NCBI GenBank assembly: GCA_964291405.2
Contig: OZ219926.1
Location: forward strand, 576,001 to 640,000
Direction of reading: 5' to 3'
DNA: 64,000 nucleotides
Source of the DNA: Thermodesulfobacteriota bacterium
GTDB lineage: Bacteria > Desulfobacterota > Binatia > Bin18
Part shown: positions 32,868 to 45,559 of the stretch, one piece after another
How the letters are laid out: every line of letters begins with the position of its first letter
Numbering within the stretch: position 1 is the stretch's first letter
Made by a program: the position numbers and the translations under genes
The notes under the pieces: generated by a model
What the model was told of the DNA's origin: nothing
What the model saw: only the letters and a program-made list of their open reading frames with translations
Databases searched by the model: none

Positions 32868-33494
32868 TTATCCTTGCTTATGGATGAGGACAACTTGTCC
32901 CCTCGCACCCGGTATAGACCCACACAGGAAGAGCAGATTTTCATCTGGCTGGACGTCAACTACTTGCAGATTCAGTGCCTTCATCCGATCATTCCCGTAA
33001 TGACCTGCCATTCTCTTCCCTTTGAAAATTTTTCCAGGGTAGGAGCGGTTTCCGATAGCCCCACCATGGCGGAAGTACTCATGCGTTCCATGACTCTTCG
33101 GGAATCCGCCCATGCCGTGTCGTTTCATCACTCCGGCATAGCCCCGACCTTTTGTCCGACCGACAACGTTAACCCGATCTCCAGACTGGAAGACTTGTGC
33201 AACTGTAATTTCACCGCCGACCTCGTAGCCATCGGTGTCATCTATCCGAAACTCGCGGAGGACAGCGAAGGGACCGGCACCAGCCTTCTGAGTATGTCCT
33301 AAAACAGGCTGGGAGACACGTTGTGGTTTTTGACTTCCAAATCCCAGTTGGAGCGCAGTGTAACCATCTCTCTGCTGAGTTTTCTTTTGCACAACGGTAC
33401 ATGGTCCAGCCTGTATCACCGTAACTGGAACGAGGTCCCCCTCAGCGGAGAAAACCTGAGTCATGCCGAGCTTCTTTCCTATTAACCCTTGCAT
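32868..33494 (-). CDS. rplC: 50S ribosomal protein L3
   Basis: GKKLGMTQVF, DGYTALQLG, KGKRMAG. Confidence 0.97.
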   Translation of the reverse strand: MQGLIGKKLGMTQVFSAEGDLVPVTVIQAGPCTVVQKKTQQRDGYTALQLGFGSQKPQRVSQPVLGHTQKAGAGPFAVLREFRIDDTDGYEVGGEITVAQVFQSGDRVNVVGRTKGRGYAGVMKRHGMGGFPKSHGTHEYFRHGGAIGNRSYPGKIFKGKRMAGHYGNDRMKALNLQVVDVQPDENLLFLCGSIPGARGQVVLIHKQG

Positions 33495-33508
33495 TGTCTC
33501 CTCTCCCG

Positions 33509-33829
33509 CTACTCCAGCTTGATCTCAACATCGACTCCGGCGGCCAATTCCAGTTTCCCAAGCGCATCAATGGTTTGCTGAGTCGGGTCAAGGATATCAA
33601 GCAAGCGCTTGTGGGTTCGTATCTCAAACTGTTCCCGCGACTTTTTATCAACATGAGGTGAACGGTTCACCGTGAACCGTTCGATCCGCGTCGGGAGCGG
33701 GATAGGGCCAGCGACCCGCCCCCCGGTCCGCCTCACTGTTTCGACAATCTCTCTGACCGATTGATCGAGTACCCGATGGTCATAGGCTTTGAGGCGGATA
33801 CGGATCTTTTCATTCATAATAGTGGTCAT
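33509..33829 (-). CDS. rpsJ: 30S ribosomal protein S10
   Basis: [22 protein letters not shown]. Confidence 0.97.
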   Translation of the reverse strand: MTTIMNEKIRIRLKAYDHRVLDQSVREIVETVRRTGGRVAGPIPLPTRIERFTVNRSPHVDKKSREQFEIRTHKRLLDILDPTQQTIDALGKLELAAGVDVEIKLE

Positions 33830-33835
33830 AGGACC

Positions 33836-35020
33836 CTACTCCAGAATTTTGGTGACGACCCCGGCCCCTACCGTGCGGCCCCCCTCCCGAATCGCAAACC
33901 GTAACCCCTCATCCATCGCAATCGGCGTCAGTAACGCCACCGTCATCTGCGTGTTGTCCCCCGGCATCACCATCTCCGTCCCCTCTTGTAACGTCACCGA
34001 CCCCGTCACGTCCGTCGTCCGAAAATAAAACTGCGGCCGATACCCATTGAAAAACGGCGTGTGGCGCCCCCCCTCATCCTTCGTCAACACATACACCTCG
34101 GCCTCATACTTCGTGTGCGGCGTGATACTCCCCGGCTTGGCCAACACCTGCCCCCGCTCAATCTCCTCCCGCTTGATCCCCCGTAGTAAACACCCCACGT
34201 TGTCCCCCGCGACCCCTTCGTCTAAGAGCTTGCGGAACATCTCAACACCGGTCACCGTCGTCTTCTGCGTCTCCCGAATCCCGACGATCTCCACCTCTTC
34301 CCCCACTTTGATCCGCCCGCGCTCCACGCGCCCCGTCGCCACCGTCCCGCGTCCCGAAATCGTAAACACGTCTTCGACGGACATTAAAAACTCTTGGTCC
34401 ACATCCCGCGCCGGCTCGGGAATAAAACTGTCCACCGCGGCCATCAACTCCAGTACTTGCGCCTCCCCGTCGGCCTCCCCTTCCAGTGCCCGCAACGCAC
34501 TCCCCCGAATGATCGGTGTGTCATCACCCGGAAAGTCATACTTCGACAGCAACTCCCGCATCTCTAACTCGACTAAGTCCAACAACTCCTCGTCATCCAC
34601 CATGTCCACCTTGTTCATAAACACTACGATCGCGGGGACTCCCACTTGCCGGGCCAGTAAAATATGCTCCCGGGTCTGCGGCATCGGCCCGTCCGAGGCC
34701 GCCACCACCAATATCGCTCCGTCCATCTGCGCCGCCCCGGTGATCATGTTCTTGATATAGTCCGCATGCCCCGGACAATCCACGTGCGCATAGTGCCGCT
34801 GCTCGGTCTCATATTCCACGTGCGCCGTGTTGATCGTGATCCCCCGCTCCTTCTCCTCCGGCGCTTTGTCAATCTCATCAAACGCCACCGCCTCGGCCAT
34901 CGCCCGCTCGGCTAAGACCTTCGTGATCGCTGCCGTCAGCGTCGTCTTCCCATGGTCAATATGCCCAATCGTCCCCACATTCATGTGCGGCTTCGTCCGC
35001 TCAAACCGCTCCTTCGCCAT
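33836..35020 (-). CDS. tuf: Elongation factor Tu (copy upstream of the S10 operon)
   Basis: [20 protein letters not shown]; 394 aa. Confidence 0.98.
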   Translation of the reverse strand: MAKERFERTKPHMNVGTIGHIDHGKTTLTAAITKVLAERAMAEAVAFDEIDKAPEEKERGITINTAHVEYETEQRHYAHVDCPGHADYIKNMITGAAQMDGAILVVAASDGPMPQTREHILLARQVGVPAIVVFMNKVDMVDDEELLDLVELEMRELLSKYDFPGDDTPIIRGSALRALEGEADGEAQVLELMAAVDSFIPEPARDVDQEFLMSVEDVFTISGRGTVATGRVERGRIKVGEEVEIVGIRETQKTTVTGVEMFRKLLDEGVAGDNVGCLLRGIKREEIERGQVLAKPGSITPHTKYEAEVYVLTKDEGGRHTPFFNGYRPQFYFRTTDVTGSVTLQEGTEMVMPGDNTQMTVALLTPIAMDEGLRFAIREGGRTVGAGVVTKILE

Positions 35021-35155
35021 CGCTCTCCCTTTCTGCGTAATGCGATAAAAGTATTCGTACGAACGGAGGGGGCCTGTACGACCCCCTCATCGTTGGAACT
35101 CGTCTTCGGAGAAGCGTATCAGAACCTGGTACGCTTCCTTATTCTGAAGTTCGCA

Positions 35156-35183
35156 ATTCTAAATGCTATTTCAGAAGAGTCAA
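35156..35183 (-). promoter_or_regulatory. Sigma70-type promoter for tuf-S10
   Basis: TTGACT (35183-35178), 16-nt spacer, TAGAAT (35161-35156). Confidence 0.65.
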
Positions 35184-35330
35184 CCGCCTACGGCAGTAGA
35201 TATTTAGGACCGTTCCCCTCTACTCTTCCCTCGTCTTTTCTTCAGGTCACACGAGACACCAGGAGTGTTCACATGTAGTCGAAATATGAAAAAGAAATCC
35301 GTTATCCGTCCGATGTCATAGGTAGCTTTA

Positions 35331-35801
35331 TTACCAACGATAATGGGCAAATGCTTTATTCGCTTCCGCCATGCGGTGCGTATCTTCACGTTTCTTCACG
35401 GCACCCCCTCGATTCTGAGACGCCTCAAAGAGTTCGCCGGCCAGCTTCTCTTCCATGCTCTTTTCCGAGCGCTGCCTGGAAGATTGGACAAGCCAGCGCA
35501 TCGCCAGGGAGTTTCGCCGGACTTGGCGTACTTCAACTGGCACCTGGTAGGTCGCACCACCAACTCTACGTGAGCGGACCTCAACAAGCGGTTTGACATT
35601 TTCTAATGCACGCTTAAAAACCTCGAGTGCTCCCTCCCCCGTTCTCTGCTGGATCAGGTCCATTGCGCCGTAGATGATCTTCTCGACTTTTCCCTTTTCT
35701 CCGTCGAGCATCATCATATTGGCGAATTTTGATACACTCATATCGTGGTATTTCGGGTCCGGTAGGATTTCGCGTCGCGCGGCAGGTCCCTTACGTGGCA
35801 T
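35331..35801 (-). CDS. rpsG: 30S ribosomal protein S7
   Basis: [29 protein letters not shown]. Confidence 0.98.
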   Translation of the reverse strand: MPRKGPAARREILPDPKYHDMSVSKFANMMMLDGEKGKVEKIIYGAMDLIQQRTGEGALEVFKRALENVKPLVEVRSRRVGGATYQVPVEVRQVRRNSLAMRWLVQSSRQRSEKSMEEKLAGELFEASQNRGGAVKKREDTHRMAEANKAFAHYRW

Positions 35802-35816
35802 ACTTTTTCCTCTCGT

Positions 35817-36188
35817 TCACTTGGGCTTCTTTGCGCCATATTTTGAGCGGCCCTGCTTTCGCTCCTGGACACCGATGGAGTCAAGCGTGCCACGGATAAT
35901 ATGATATCGGACGCCGGGTAAATCCTTGACTCGACCGCCACGGATAAGCACAACGGAGTGTTCCTGCAGATTGTGTCCGATTCCGGGGATATACGCTGTC
36001 ACCTCAATACCATTGGTCAGTCGAACACGGGCGACTTTTCTTAAGGCCGAGTTCGGCTTTTTCGGAGTCGTCGTATAGACCCGGGTACACACCCCACGCC
36101 GTTGAGGACAGGATTGCAAAGCTGGAGCGGTCAATTTTCTGCGTTGTTGCACTCTTCCTTTTCGTACGAGTTGCTGAACCGTAGGCAT
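35817..36188 (-). CDS. rpsL: 30S ribosomal protein S12
   Basis: [20 protein letters not shown]. Confidence 0.98.
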   Translation of the reverse strand: MPTVQQLVRKGRVQQRRKLTAPALQSCPQRRGVCTRVYTTTPKKPNSALRKVARVRLTNGIEVTAYIPGIGHNLQEHSVVLIRGGRVKDLPGVRYHIIRGTLDSIGVQERKQGRSKYGAKKPK

Positions 36189-36275
36189 TCATCCTCCTTG
36201 CGACTCTCGGCCTGCCGTTCTCAAAGAGGGAACGTGTCCTCCAATACATGATGCTGCTGGACACGTTCCCTCTTT

Positions 36276-39200
36276 CTATGCTTCGAGTATTTGGGCAATG
36301 GGCAAAGGTTCTTCTTCCTCGAGCAAAACTTCCGGGCTTCCGGCAGTGAGCTGCGTATAACTCGGGGTACCGGTTCCGGCAGGAATGAGCCGTCCCATGA
36401 TGACATTCTCTTTGAGCCCCAACAGGTGATCAACCTTGCCATTAATAGCCGCTTCCGTTAGCACCTTAGTCGTTTCTTGGAACGAAGCGGCTGAGATGAA
36501 ACTGTCTGTCGAGAGACTCGCTTTTGTAATTCCCATCAGGAGCGATTTCGCTTCTGGGGGGGTTCCTCCATCAGCCAGCACACGTTCTGTCTCTTCTTGG
36601 AAGCGCCACTTCTCGACTTGCTCGCCAACCAAGAAATCAGAATCTCCAACCTCGGTCACGAGCACACGCCGCATCATTTGTCTCACAATCACTTCGATGT
36701 GCTTATCATGGATACGCACCCCCTGGAGGCGGTAGATTTCCTGAATTGCGTCCACCAAGGACTTTGCGAGTTCGCGCTCTCCGAGAACACCAAGGATGTC
36801 ATGCGGATTTGAGGACCCATCCATCAGCGGCTCTCCCGGCCGGACGTAATCGCCTTCTCGTACGCTGATATGTTTTCCCCGAGGAATGAGATACTCCCGC
36901 GCTTCGCCCACTTCAGGGGTAATCAACACCTTCCTTTTTCCTTTGGTATCTTTCCCAAAAGAAACCGTCCCCTCAATTTCGCTGATAACGGCGAACTCTT
37001 TCGGCTTTCGCGCCTCAAAGAGCTCGGCAACCCGAGGCAGCCCACCAGTAATATCTTTCGTTTTGGTAGTTTCTCGTGGGATCTTTGCCAGCACATCCCC
37101 TGCCTCAACCCGTTGGCCCGCGCTCACATTAATATTGGAGCCAACCGGCAGCAGATAGCGGGCGTCCAATCCATTCGACAGCTTCGCCGTTTTACCGCTG
37201 TCATCTTTGATTGATACCCGTGGGCGCATATTTGGATCACGGAATTCGATAATGACCCGTGTAGATAGACCCGTCCGCTCATCTACCTTTTCTTGCATGG
37301 TCCTATCGTCGATATCACCGAATTTTACCTCACCGCTGACCTCAGTCAGGATGGGGACGGTGTAGGGGTCCCATTCCGCGATTAAATCGTTGGTTTTGAC
37401 CTTGGCCCCGTCTTTCTTTTTCAGCTTTGCACCATAGACGATCTGATACCGTTCTCTTTCACGCTCCCGTCCTGGCTCGAGAACCTCAGTCACAGCAACC
37501 TCTCCGTTGCGGTTCATTACAACGAGATTGCCATCCCGGTCGACCACGGTCTTGAGATTGATGTAGCGGAGTACGCCCTCATGCCGAACCGTTAGTGTCG
37601 TCTGCTCGGCCAGCCGGCTGGCCGTCCCACCAATGTGGAACGTCCGCATTGTCAGTTGGGTGCCTGGCTCGCCAATTGACTGCGCAGCAATGATGCCGAC
37701 CGCTTCACCTAAATGTACCATCCGCCCACGGGCAAGGTCCCGGCCGTAGCACCGTGCACATATGCCTCGCCTGGTCGTACAGGTCAGCGCAGACCGTATC
37801 CATACACGCTCAATCCCGGCTTCTTCTATGCGTACGACGCGGTCTTCGTCAATTTCTTCGTTTGCGCGAACAACAACCTCTTGGGTAAAAGGATCACGAA
37901 TATCATCGAGGGCAACACGTCCTAAGACACGCTCCCCAAGGCCTTCTATTATTTCCCCGCCCTCAACCAGTGGAGTCATCTCTATACCATCAATCGTACC
38001 GCAGTCCTCTTCGCTCACGATCGAGTCCTGAGCGACATCAACAAGCCGTCGGGTCAGATAACCAGAATTCGCTGTCTTGAGAGCGGTATCAGCTAACCCC
38101 TTCCGCGCCCCGTGGGTTGAAATAAAGTATTGGAGCACGGAGAGTCCTTCACGGAAGTTAGCCGTAATCGGTGTTTCGATGATTTCCCCCGATGGCTTTG
38201 CCATGAGACCGCGCATACCCGCGAGCTGGCGAATCTGCTGCGCACTGCCGCGCGATCCAGAGTCTGCCATCATATAGATGGGGCTAAACCCGGCTTTGTC
38301 TTCCTGAAGTCCTCTGAACATCTCATTGGCCGCTTCATCGGTGACCGAGGCCCAGGTATCAACAACCTTATTGTGCCGCTCACCGTCTGTAATCAGACCT
38401 TTTGTATATTGGTCCTGAATCTCTTGCAGACTCTTTTGCGCTTGATCCAAGAGATGGCCCTTTTCTTGCGGAATCACCATGTCTTTGATGCCGATTGAAA
38501 TACCGGCCCGCGTGGCATATTCGAAGCCAAGATCTTTCAAACGGTCCGCGAAAATCACGGTGGCCTTGTTGCCTGCTCTCAAAAAGGCAGCATCAATCAA
38601 GGTGCCAAGTTCTTTTTTCTTCATCACTCGGTTGATATCCGAGAAAGGAATCTCCGGCGGTACAATTTCCGCCAGCAAGACCCGACCCACCGTTGTTTCG
38701 ACCCGTTCACCATCCAGGCGCACTGTGATCTTCGCCTGCAAGTCAACCGTGCCCTGGTCGTAGGCAACCCGGACCTCACCCGGACTGCTGAAAACTTTTC
38801 CCTCACCGAGCGCACCGGAGCGCTCACGGGTCGCGTTATACAGTCCAAGGACAACGTCTTGGGTGGGGGCGATGACCGCCTTGCCGTGAGCAGGTGAGAG
38901 AATATTATTGGTTGACATCATCAAGCTACGAGCCTCAACCTGGGCCTCAACCGACAGCGGGACATGCACAGCCATTTGGTCGCCGTCAAAGTCGGCATTA
39001 TAGGCCATACAGACGAGGGGATGCAGTTGAATAGCCTTACCTTCAATCAGGATGGGTTCAAAGGCCTGGATGCCGAGTCGGTGCAAGGTTGGGGCGCGGT
39101 TGAGTAGAACCGGATGTTCCTTGATCACCTCGTCCAGGATATCCCAGACTTCAGGCCGTTCCTTCTCCACCATCTTCTTGGCACTCTTGATCGTGGTCGT

Positions 39201-40373
39201 ATACCCCCGTTCCTCAAGCTTGTTGTAGATGAACGGTTTGAACAATTCCAAAGCCATATACTTCGGCAGACCGCATTGGTGGAGGCGTAATTCCGGTCCG
39301 ACGACAATGACCGAACGGCCTGAATAATCGACGCGCTTTCCGAGGAGATTTTGGCGAAAACGTCCACTTTTGCCTTTCAGCATGTCGGACAAAGACTTGA
39401 GAGGACGTTTGTTTGGGCCAGTCAACGGACGGCCACGACGGCCGTTATCAAAGAGGGCGTCGACCGCCTCTTGGAGCATGCGCTTCTCGTTTCGAATAAT
39501 GATATCCGGTGCGCTCAGCTCCATAAGCCGTTTGAGCCGGTTGTTGCGATTAATCACTCGACGATACAGGTCATTCAGATCTGAAGTCGCAAAGCGCCCC
39601 CCATCGAGCGGGACGAGGGGACGAAGGTCTGGTGGAATGACGGGGATGACTTCCAGAATCATCTCTTCCGGACTGTTGCCAGACTGCCGAAAGGCATTGA
39701 CGACCTTGAGACGTTTCGCGGTTTTCTTCCGTCGGGCTTCGCTCGATGTCTCGACCATTTCAACCCGAAGCTCCCGTGCTAACTGTTCCAGGTCAAAGTC
39801 TTGTAATAGTTCGCGGACCGCCTCCGCACCCATCCCTGCTCGGAAGCTCCCCGGACCAAATTCCTCAACAGCTTTCCGGTACTGGGTTTCACTCAGCAGC
39901 CCTTTTTGCTCGAGTGGCGTTTCGCCTGGATCAAGAATGATATAGGACTCGAAGTACAGTACGCGCTCAAGTTCTTTGAGCGTCATATCCATGAGTGTCC
40001 CGATCCGGCTGGGAAGGCTCTTCAAAAACCAGATGTGTGCCACCGGGCTGGCAAGGTCAATATGGCCCATTCGTTCACGACGGACTTTCGACTGAATGAC
40101 CTCGACCCCGCACTTCTCGCAGACAACGCCTCGATGACGCATCCGTTTGTATTTGCCACAATTACACTCGTAGTCTTTGGTTGGTCCAAATATTTTTGCG
40201 CAAAAAAGCCCGTCACGCTCAGGCTTAAACGTGCGATAATTGATGGTTTCAGGTTTCTTGACCTCGCCATGGGACCAAGAGCAAACCATCTCTTTGGACG
40301 CCAACGAGACCTGGATGGCATTAAAACGGAGCGGATTTTGGGGTTTTTCAAAAAGACCCAGAAAATCTTCCAT
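36276..40373 (-). CDS. rpoC: RNA polymerase beta' subunit
   Basis: NADFDGD catalytic motif, Zn finger, [13 protein letters not shown]. Confidence 0.98.
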   Translation of the reverse strand: MEDFLGLFEKPQNPLRFNAIQVSLASKEMVCSWSHGEVKKPETINYRTFKPERDGLFCAKIFGPTKDYECNCGKYKRMRHRGVVCEKCGVEVIQSKVRRERMGHIDLASPVAHIWFLKSLPSRIGTLMDMTLKELERVLYFESYIILDPGETPLEQKGLLSETQYRKAVEEFGPGSFRAGMGAEAVRELLQDFDLEQLARELRVEMVETSSEARRKKTAKRLKVVNAFRQSGNSPEEMILEVIPVIPPDLRPLVPLDGGRFATSDLNDLYRRVINRNNRLKRLMELSAPDIIIRNEKRMLQEAVDALFDNGRRGRPLTGPNKRPLKSLSDMLKGKSGRFRQNLLGKRVDYSGRSVIVVGPELRLHQCGLPKYMALELFKPFIYNKLEERGYTTTIKSAKKMVEKERPEVWDILDEVIKEHPVLLNRAPTLHRLGIQAFEPILIEGKAIQLHPLVCMAYNADFDGDQMAVHVPLSVEAQVEARSLMMSTNNILSPAHGKAVIAPTQDVVLGLYNATRERSGALGEGKVFSSPGEVRVAYDQGTVDLQAKITVRLDGERVETTVGRVLLAEIVPPEIPFSDINRVMKKKELGTLIDAAFLRAGNKATVIFADRLKDLGFEYATRAGISIGIKDMVIPQEKGHLLDQAQKSLQEIQDQYTKGLITDGERHNKVVDTWASVTDEAANEMFRGLQEDKAGFSPIYMMADSGSRGSAQQIRQLAGMRGLMAKPSGEIIETPITANFREGLSVLQYFISTHGARKGLADTALKTANSGYLTRRLVDVAQDSIVSEEDCGTIDGIEMTPLVEGGEIIEGLGERVLGRVALDDIRDPFTQEVVVRANEEIDEDRVVRIEEAGIERVWIRSALTCTTRRGICARCYGRDLARGRMVHLGEAVGIIAAQSIGEPGTQLTMRTFHIGGTASRLAEQTTLTVRHEGVLRYINLKTVVDRDGNLVVMNRNGEVAVTEVLEPGRERERERYQIVYGAKLKKKDGAKVKTNDLIAEWDPYTVPILTEVSGEVKFGDIDDRTMQEKVDERTGLSTRVIIEFRDPNMRPRVSIKDDSGKTAKLSNGLDARYLLPVGSNINVSAGQRVEAGDVLAKIPRETTKTKDITGGLPRVAELFEARKPKEFAVISEIEGTVSFGKDTKGKRKVLITPEVGEAREYLIPRGKHISVREGDYVRPGEPLMDGSSNPHDILGVLGERELAKSLVDAIQEIYRLQGVRIHDKHIEVIVRQMMRRVLVTEVGDSDFLVGEQVEKWRFQEETERVLADGGTPPEAKSLLMGITKASLSTDSFISAASFQETTKVLTEAAINGKVDHLLGLKENVIMGRLIPAGTGTPSYTQLTAGSPEVLLEEEEPLPIAQILEA

Positions 40374-40390
40374 TTCGTCCTCACCTCACC

Positions 40391-43300
40391 TTATTGATTT
40401 TCTTCAAGCAACTCGACATTGAGTGCCAGGCTCTGGAGCTCGCGAATCATCACATTAAATGACTCGGGCAGACCAGGTTCCAGAACATTTTCACCTTTGA
40501 CAATCGCTTCATACATCCGCGTCCGGCCGGCAACATCGTCCGATTTTACCGTGAGCATCTCTTGCAGGCTGTACGCAGCACCATAGGCTTCCAGTGCCCA
40601 CACTTCCATTTCGCCAAGCCGTTGTCCCCCAAATTGCGCTTTGCCACCGAGAGGCTGTTGCGTCACCAGAGAATACGGCCCGGTTGAGCGCGCATGAATC
40701 TTATCTTCAACAAGATGATGCAATTTCAGGATATACATTACACCAACGGTCACTGGCTGGCTGAATGGTTCCCCTGTTCGCCCATCGTAGAGCCTTGTCT
40801 GTCCGTCTACCTTACCAGTAACGGGATTGAACAGGTCGGCCTGCTCAAGCAAAGAGAAAATTTCTGTCTCCGGGGCGCCATCAAAGACCGGAGTTGCAAC
40901 GTGAGAGCCGTGTTTCGAGCGACTGGCCAACTCTTTGACCTCGGCCTCCGGGAGCTCATCAATCAGCTGAGAAACCTCTGTTGAACGAGCAAAGTCCTTA
41001 AGCCGCGCACGAAGACTGTCGGTCGCGGCCTCCCCCTTTTCCTCCGCATCATTCCCAACCTGTTTGCCAAGGGACTGCACCGCCCAACCGAGATGGGTTT
41101 CCAGGATTTGTCCGACATTCATACGAGAGGGTACGCCGAGGGGATTCAGGACAACATCGACCGGAGTACCATCCTCAAGATACGGCATATCCTCTTCTGG
41201 AAGAATTCGGGACAGCACCCCCTTGTTTCCGTGTCTTCCAGCCATCTTGTCACCAACCTGGAGGCGACGTTTGATGGCGATAAAGACCTTCACCATCTTG
41301 ATAATTCCTGGGGGCAGTTCGTCTCCACTCTTCAGTCTCTCAACTTTTCTTTCGCATTCCTCACGGATGGCGCCAACATGGTCGGCAAGGGAATCTGCTG
41401 TCTTCCGTATCTCCTCTTCTATTGTCTCATCTCCTACTCGGACCCTGCGCCACAACTGCTCTGGCAGCGACTCCAGAAGCTCTTCCGTAATCTCCTGCCC
41501 TTTGGCGATCACTACGCGCCGAGACTCATCTTCACTGACCCGCATCGTTGCCGCCTTCCCAACCAACAGTTGCGTGATCTTGCCACGCGTACTGTCTCGG
41601 ATAATATGAATCTCCTCGTCTCGATCTTGTTGCAGCCGTTGGACCTCGGCCTCTTCGAGATCCTGACTACGCTCGTCCTTGGTCTCACCTTTCCGTGAGA
41701 ATACACGGACATCAATCACCGTACCTTCAACTCCAGGGGGAACACGGAGCGAGGTATCCCGAACCTCTCCGGCTTTTTCACCAAAAATTGCTCGGAGTAA
41801 TTTCTCTTCTGGAGAAAGTTGCGTCTCGCCTTTGGGGGTTATTTTTCCAACGAGGATATCACCCGGCCGTACTTCAGCACCGATTCTGACGATCCCACTC
41901 TCGTCAAGATCCTTGAGTGCCTCTTCTCCAACATTCGGAATATCTTGAGTGATTTCCTCTGGTCCGAGTTTTGTGTCCCGAGCGACGCACTCAAATTCCT
42001 CGATATGGACCGATGTAAAGACGTCGTCGCGAATAAGTCGCTCACTCACCAGGATGGAATCCTCGAAGTTATAGCCCCCCCAAATCATAAAGGCGACCAG
42101 GACGTTCCTCCCCAGCGCAAGTTCTCCCATCTCTGTGGCTGGGCCATCGGCGATAACGTCTCCCACCTTAACCCGATCGCCAATTTGAACGATAGGGCGC
42201 TGGTTAATACACGTATTTTGGTTAGAGCGCTGGTATTTCGTGAGGCTATAGATATCAACACCAACGTCTCCCCGTGTGGTCTGTGATTCAGCTTTGATCA
42301 CGACCCGAGTGGAATCCACACTCTCGACAATTCCATCGCGCTGAGCGACAAGGGCAGCCCCAGAGTCCCGAGCCACGACCTGCTCCATTCCAGTGCCAAC
42401 AAGCGGCGCTTCCGTCCGTAGCAGGGGTACCGCCTGCCGCTGCATATTAGATCCCATCAATGCCCGGTTAGCATCATCATGCTCTAAGAAAGGAATCAGT
42501 GCGGCAGCCACACTCACCAGCTGCGTCGGAGAGACATCCATGAGCTGAACCTGATCGGGAGGCACCATCACAAACTCTCCACCCAGTCGAGCAGAAACCA
42601 ATGTATTGACAAAAGCACCTGTGGTATCAACAGGCGCGTTCGCTTGCGCGATAGTCTGACTCTCCTCCTCTAGGGCAGATAAATAGCGGACATCCTCAGT
42701 CACTCGCCCACTCTCTACTGCCCGATAGGGCGTCTCAATGAATCCAAACTCATTGACCCGAGCATAGGTCGAAAGACTCGAAATCAGCCCAATATTGGGC
42801 CCTTCCGGCGTTTCAATCGGACAGACGCGACCATAGTGAGTGGGATGAACGTCACGCACCTCAAAGCCGGCACGTTCCCGGGTCAGCCCACCAGGCCCCA
42901 GCGCGGACAGTCGTCGTTTATGCGTGACCTCCGACAGCGGATTCGTTTGGTCCATGAACTGAGAGAGCTGGCTCGATCCGAAAAACTCCTTGAGCGCCGC
43001 TGAAACCGGCTTATAATTGACCAATTCTTGCGGCATTAAGGTCTCAACATCCTGGAGACTCATCCGCTCTTTTACGGCCCGCTCCATCCGGACTAAGCCA
43101 ATACGAAACTGGTTTTCGACGAGCTCGCCGACCGCGCGAACGCGACGATTGCCTAAATGGTCGATATCGTCCACGACGCCATTGCCGTTTTTGAGTTCGA
43201 CGAGATACCGGACGGTCTCTAAGATATCTTCATGACGGAGGGTCCCTTGATCCAGCGGAGCGGTGAGTCCGAGCTTATGGTTGAGCTTCAGACGCCCCAC

Positions 43301-44539
43301 TCGAGAGAGATTGTAACGCTCGGGATTAAAGAACAGGTTCTGAAAAAACGACGTGGCCGCCTCGTTGGTCGGCGGATCGCCGGGGCGGAGACGGCGATAA
43401 ATCTCAATCATTGCCTCGGCCGGAGAGGCGATCTTGTCCTGGAGGAGCGTATTGCGAAACGAAGAGCCGATATGCGTATCGTCAATAAACAAGACTTCAA
43501 ACTGGGACACGCCACGCTCAATGAGGAGGTCGAGATATTCCTGCGTCACCTCCTCATTACACTGCACGAGGATTTCTTGGTTCGCGGGATCGATGATATC
43601 GTGGGCCGCCACCCGTCCAAGCAGTTCCCCTGGCGAGATGGGTATCTGCTCAAGACCAGCCGCCTCTAACTGTCTCAGTGCCCCGCGGGTAAACTTTCGG
43701 CCTTCCTTTACTAACACATCACCGGTTTCAGGGTTACGAATGTCCTGCGTTGCCCGCAGACCGAGGAGATGGTCTGGCAGAAAAGCTTGTGCTGGTATTT
43801 GTTCCCCTGCGTTGTTGAGAAAGATCGTATCCCTACGATAGAAATAATTCAGTAGCTCCTCGGTCGACATCCCCAACGCTCGCAAGAGCACGGTTGCGTG
43901 AAACTTGCGGCGGCGGTCAATCCGGACATAGAGAATATCTTTTGGATCAAACTCAAAATCAATCCATGATCCACGGTATGGAATGACACGCGCAGAGTAG
44001 AGTAATTTCCCACTCGCATGCGTTTTCCCTTTGTCATGATCGAAAAAGGCTCCGGGGGATCGGTGGAGTTGACTCACAATCACCCGCTCAGTCCCATTGA
44101 CCATAAAGGTGCCATGATTGGTCATTAACGGCACCTCGCCAAAATAGACTTCCTGCTCTTTGACGTTTTTGATCGTCCGCGCACCGCTCCTGGCATCAAC
44201 ATCCCATAGGACGAGTTGAATAGTGACTTTGAGGGGAGCGGCATAGGTCATCCCTCTTTGGTGGCATTCTTCGACTGAGTATTTCGGCTCGCCAAGCGTA
44301 TAATTCACAAACTCCAGGGACGCTGTCTCGTTGAAGTCTTTGATCGGGAAAACGGACCGAAAAACCCCTTGGAGCCCGGCATCAGTCCTCTGGTCAGCAG
44401 GTAGTAACCGTTGGAGAAATTCGTCGTAGGAGTGGCGCTGAATTTCCAACAGATGCGGGAATTCGATAATTTTTTCGATATGACCAAAGGACCGTCGGAT
44501 ACGGAAATTATGCGCTAATTTACCAGCCATATCAGCCAT
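40391..44539 (-). CDS. rpoB: RNA polymerase beta subunit
   Basis: [42 protein letters not shown]. Confidence 0.98.
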   Translation of the reverse strand: MADMAGKLAHNFRIRRSFGHIEKIIEFPHLLEIQRHSYDEFLQRLLPADQRTDAGLQGVFRSVFPIKDFNETASLEFVNYTLGEPKYSVEECHQRGMTYAAPLKVTIQLVLWDVDARSGARTIKNVKEQEVYFGEVPLMTNHGTFMVNGTERVIVSQLHRSPGAFFDHDKGKTHASGKLLYSARVIPYRGSWIDFEFDPKDILYVRIDRRRKFHATVLLRALGMSTEELLNYFYRRDTIFLNNAGEQIPAQAFLPDHLLGLRATQDIRNPETGDVLVKEGRKFTRGALRQLEAAGLEQIPISPGELLGRVAAHDIIDPANQEILVQCNEEVTQEYLDLLIERGVSQFEVLFIDDTHIGSSFRNTLLQDKIASPAEAMIEIYRRLRPGDPPTNEAATSFFQNLFFNPERYNLSRVGRLKLNHKLGLTAPLDQGTLRHEDILETVRYLVELKNGNGVVDDIDHLGNRRVRAVGELVENQFRIGLVRMERAVKERMSLQDVETLMPQELVNYKPVSAALKEFFGSSQLSQFMDQTNPLSEVTHKRRLSALGPGGLTRERAGFEVRDVHPTHYGRVCPIETPEGPNIGLISSLSTYARVNEFGFIETPYRAVESGRVTEDVRYLSALEEESQTIAQANAPVDTTGAFVNTLVSARLGGEFVMVPPDQVQLMDVSPTQLVSVAAALIPFLEHDDANRALMGSNMQRQAVPLLRTEAPLVGTGMEQVVARDSGAALVAQRDGIVESVDSTRVVIKAESQTTRGDVGVDIYSLTKYQRSNQNTCINQRPIVQIGDRVKVGDVIADGPATEMGELALGRNVLVAFMIWGGYNFEDSILVSERLIRDDVFTSVHIEEFECVARDTKLGPEEITQDIPNVGEEALKDLDESGIVRIGAEVRPGDILVGKITPKGETQLSPEEKLLRAIFGEKAGEVRDTSLRVPPGVEGTVIDVRVFSRKGETKDERSQDLEEAEVQRLQQDRDEEIHIIRDSTRGKITQLLVGKAATMRVSEDESRRVVIAKGQEITEELLESLPEQLWRRVRVGDETIEEEIRKTADSLADHVGAIREECERKVERLKSGDELPPGIIKMVKVFIAIKRRLQVGDKMAGRHGNKGVLSRILPEEDMPYLEDGTPVDVVLNPLGVPSRMNVGQILETHLGWAVQSLGKQVGNDAEEKGEAATDSLRARLKDFARSTEVSQLIDELPEAEVKELASRSKHGSHVATPVFDGAPETEIFSLLEQADLFNPVTGKVDGQTRLYDGRTGEPFSQPVTVGVMYILKLHHLVEDKIHARSTGPYSLVTQQPLGGKAQFGGQRLGEMEVWALEAYGAAYSLQEMLTVKSDDVAGRTRMYEAIVKGENVLEPGLPESFNVMIRELQSLALNVELLEENQ

Positions 44540-44563
44540 ACATGCCCTCCTACCACTCCGTTT

Positions 44564-44959
44564 CTACTGCAGCTCGACCGACCCTCCAGCCTCTTCTAGC
44601 TTGTTTTTGACCTCTTCCGCTTCCGCCTTGGATGCGCCTTCTTTGACCGCTTTGGGCGCACTATCGACGAGCTCTTTGGCTTCTTTGAGCCCAAGCCCGG
44701 TCAACTCACGGACGACCTTAATGACTTGGATCTTTTTCTCTCCGGGACCGGTCAGCACGACGTTGAATTCATCCTTCTCCGCTGCCGCAGCAGGCTCAGC
44801 ATCACCCCCAGCGGCTCCTCCCCCCGCAACGACCACAGGAGCCGCGGCGCTGACTCCCCATTTGTCTTCGAGCTTCTTGACTAAATCCGAAGCCTCAAGA
44901 ATCGTGAGGTCAGACAGCGTGGTAATGAGTTCGTCCATCTTCTCTTCTGTCAAAGCCAT
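44564..44959 (-). CDS. rplL: 50S ribosomal protein L7/L12
   Basis: [23 protein letters not shown]. Confidence 0.97.
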   Translation of the reverse strand: MALTEEKMDELITTLSDLTILEASDLVKKLEDKWGVSAAAPVVVAGGGAAGGDAEPAAAAEKDEFNVVLTGPGEKKIQVIKVVRELTGLGLKEAKELVDSAPKAVKEGASKAEAEEVKNKLEEAGGSVELQ

Positions 44960-44989
44960 ACATTCCTCCTTCAGGAAAGTAATTTTCAG

Positions 44990-45511
44990 TTAGTCTGCGT
45001 TCAGTTGGGACATGCGTTCATTGAGTAATCGGGCGAGTTGGCTCCCAGGAGCGGATAACGCCCCGACCAAGCGGGTAGCAGGTTGAGTGAGCGTCCCGAG
45101 CAATTGCGCGCGGAGGGCCTCGGCACTTGGCAGGGTCGCTAATTTCTCTATGCCCGCAGTCTCCAGGAATTGCCCCTCTGTGACTCCTCCCTTAATCGTG
45201 AACTTCTCGTTTTCAGAGGCATAGCGAGCAACAACCTTTGTGAGTCCAACGACATCACCATATCCAAGGACCAAGCCATTCTGGCCGGCAAGGAGTTCCT
45301 TCAAGGACAGGTACGGAGTACCATCAACGGCGAGCGCGACCAGCGTATTCTTTGCGACGCGATATTCTCCAGACACTTCACGCAGTTCGCGGCGTAGCAC
45401 ATTGAGCTCTTCGACTGCTAACCCTTTGTATTCGGTCACCACTGCCGCCGTCGCACTGGCAAATCGATTCTGCAAATCGATAACCGTTTCTTCCTTTTTT
45501 TGTCGGTCCAT
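44990..45511 (-). CDS. rplJ: 50S ribosomal protein L10
   Basis: YKGL.V, LRRELR, V.KNTL, LATLPS. Confidence 0.95.
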   Translation of the reverse strand: MDRQKKEETVIDLQNRFASATAAVVTEYKGLAVEELNVLRRELREVSGEYRVAKNTLVALAVDGTPYLSLKELLAGQNGLVLGYGDVVGLTKVVARYASENEKFTIKGGVTEGQFLETAGIEKLATLPSAEALRAQLLGTLTQPATRLVGALSAPGSQLARLLNERMSQLNAD

Positions 45512-45559
45512 TATTTCTCTTTCGTATCGCCACGAGGAATGGCGTCGCTCTTCCTCGCC

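Noticed and set aside
32418-33302. Long antisense ORFs over rplC/rplD, and similar ones over rpoA, rpoB, rpoC, clpX and tig
   Set aside because: They lie fully opposite conserved essential genes and have no protein-like features.
34047-34760. 237-aa + strand ORF (identical copy at 47976-48689)
   Set aside because: Antisense shadow of tuf; it is duplicated only because tuf is, and has no recognisable motifs.
42860-43000. Possible rifampicin-resistance changes in rpoB; rpsL also checked for streptomycin resistance
   Set aside because: The RRDR reads [26 protein letters not shown] and S12 keeps PKKPNS and RVKDL, all susceptible-type.
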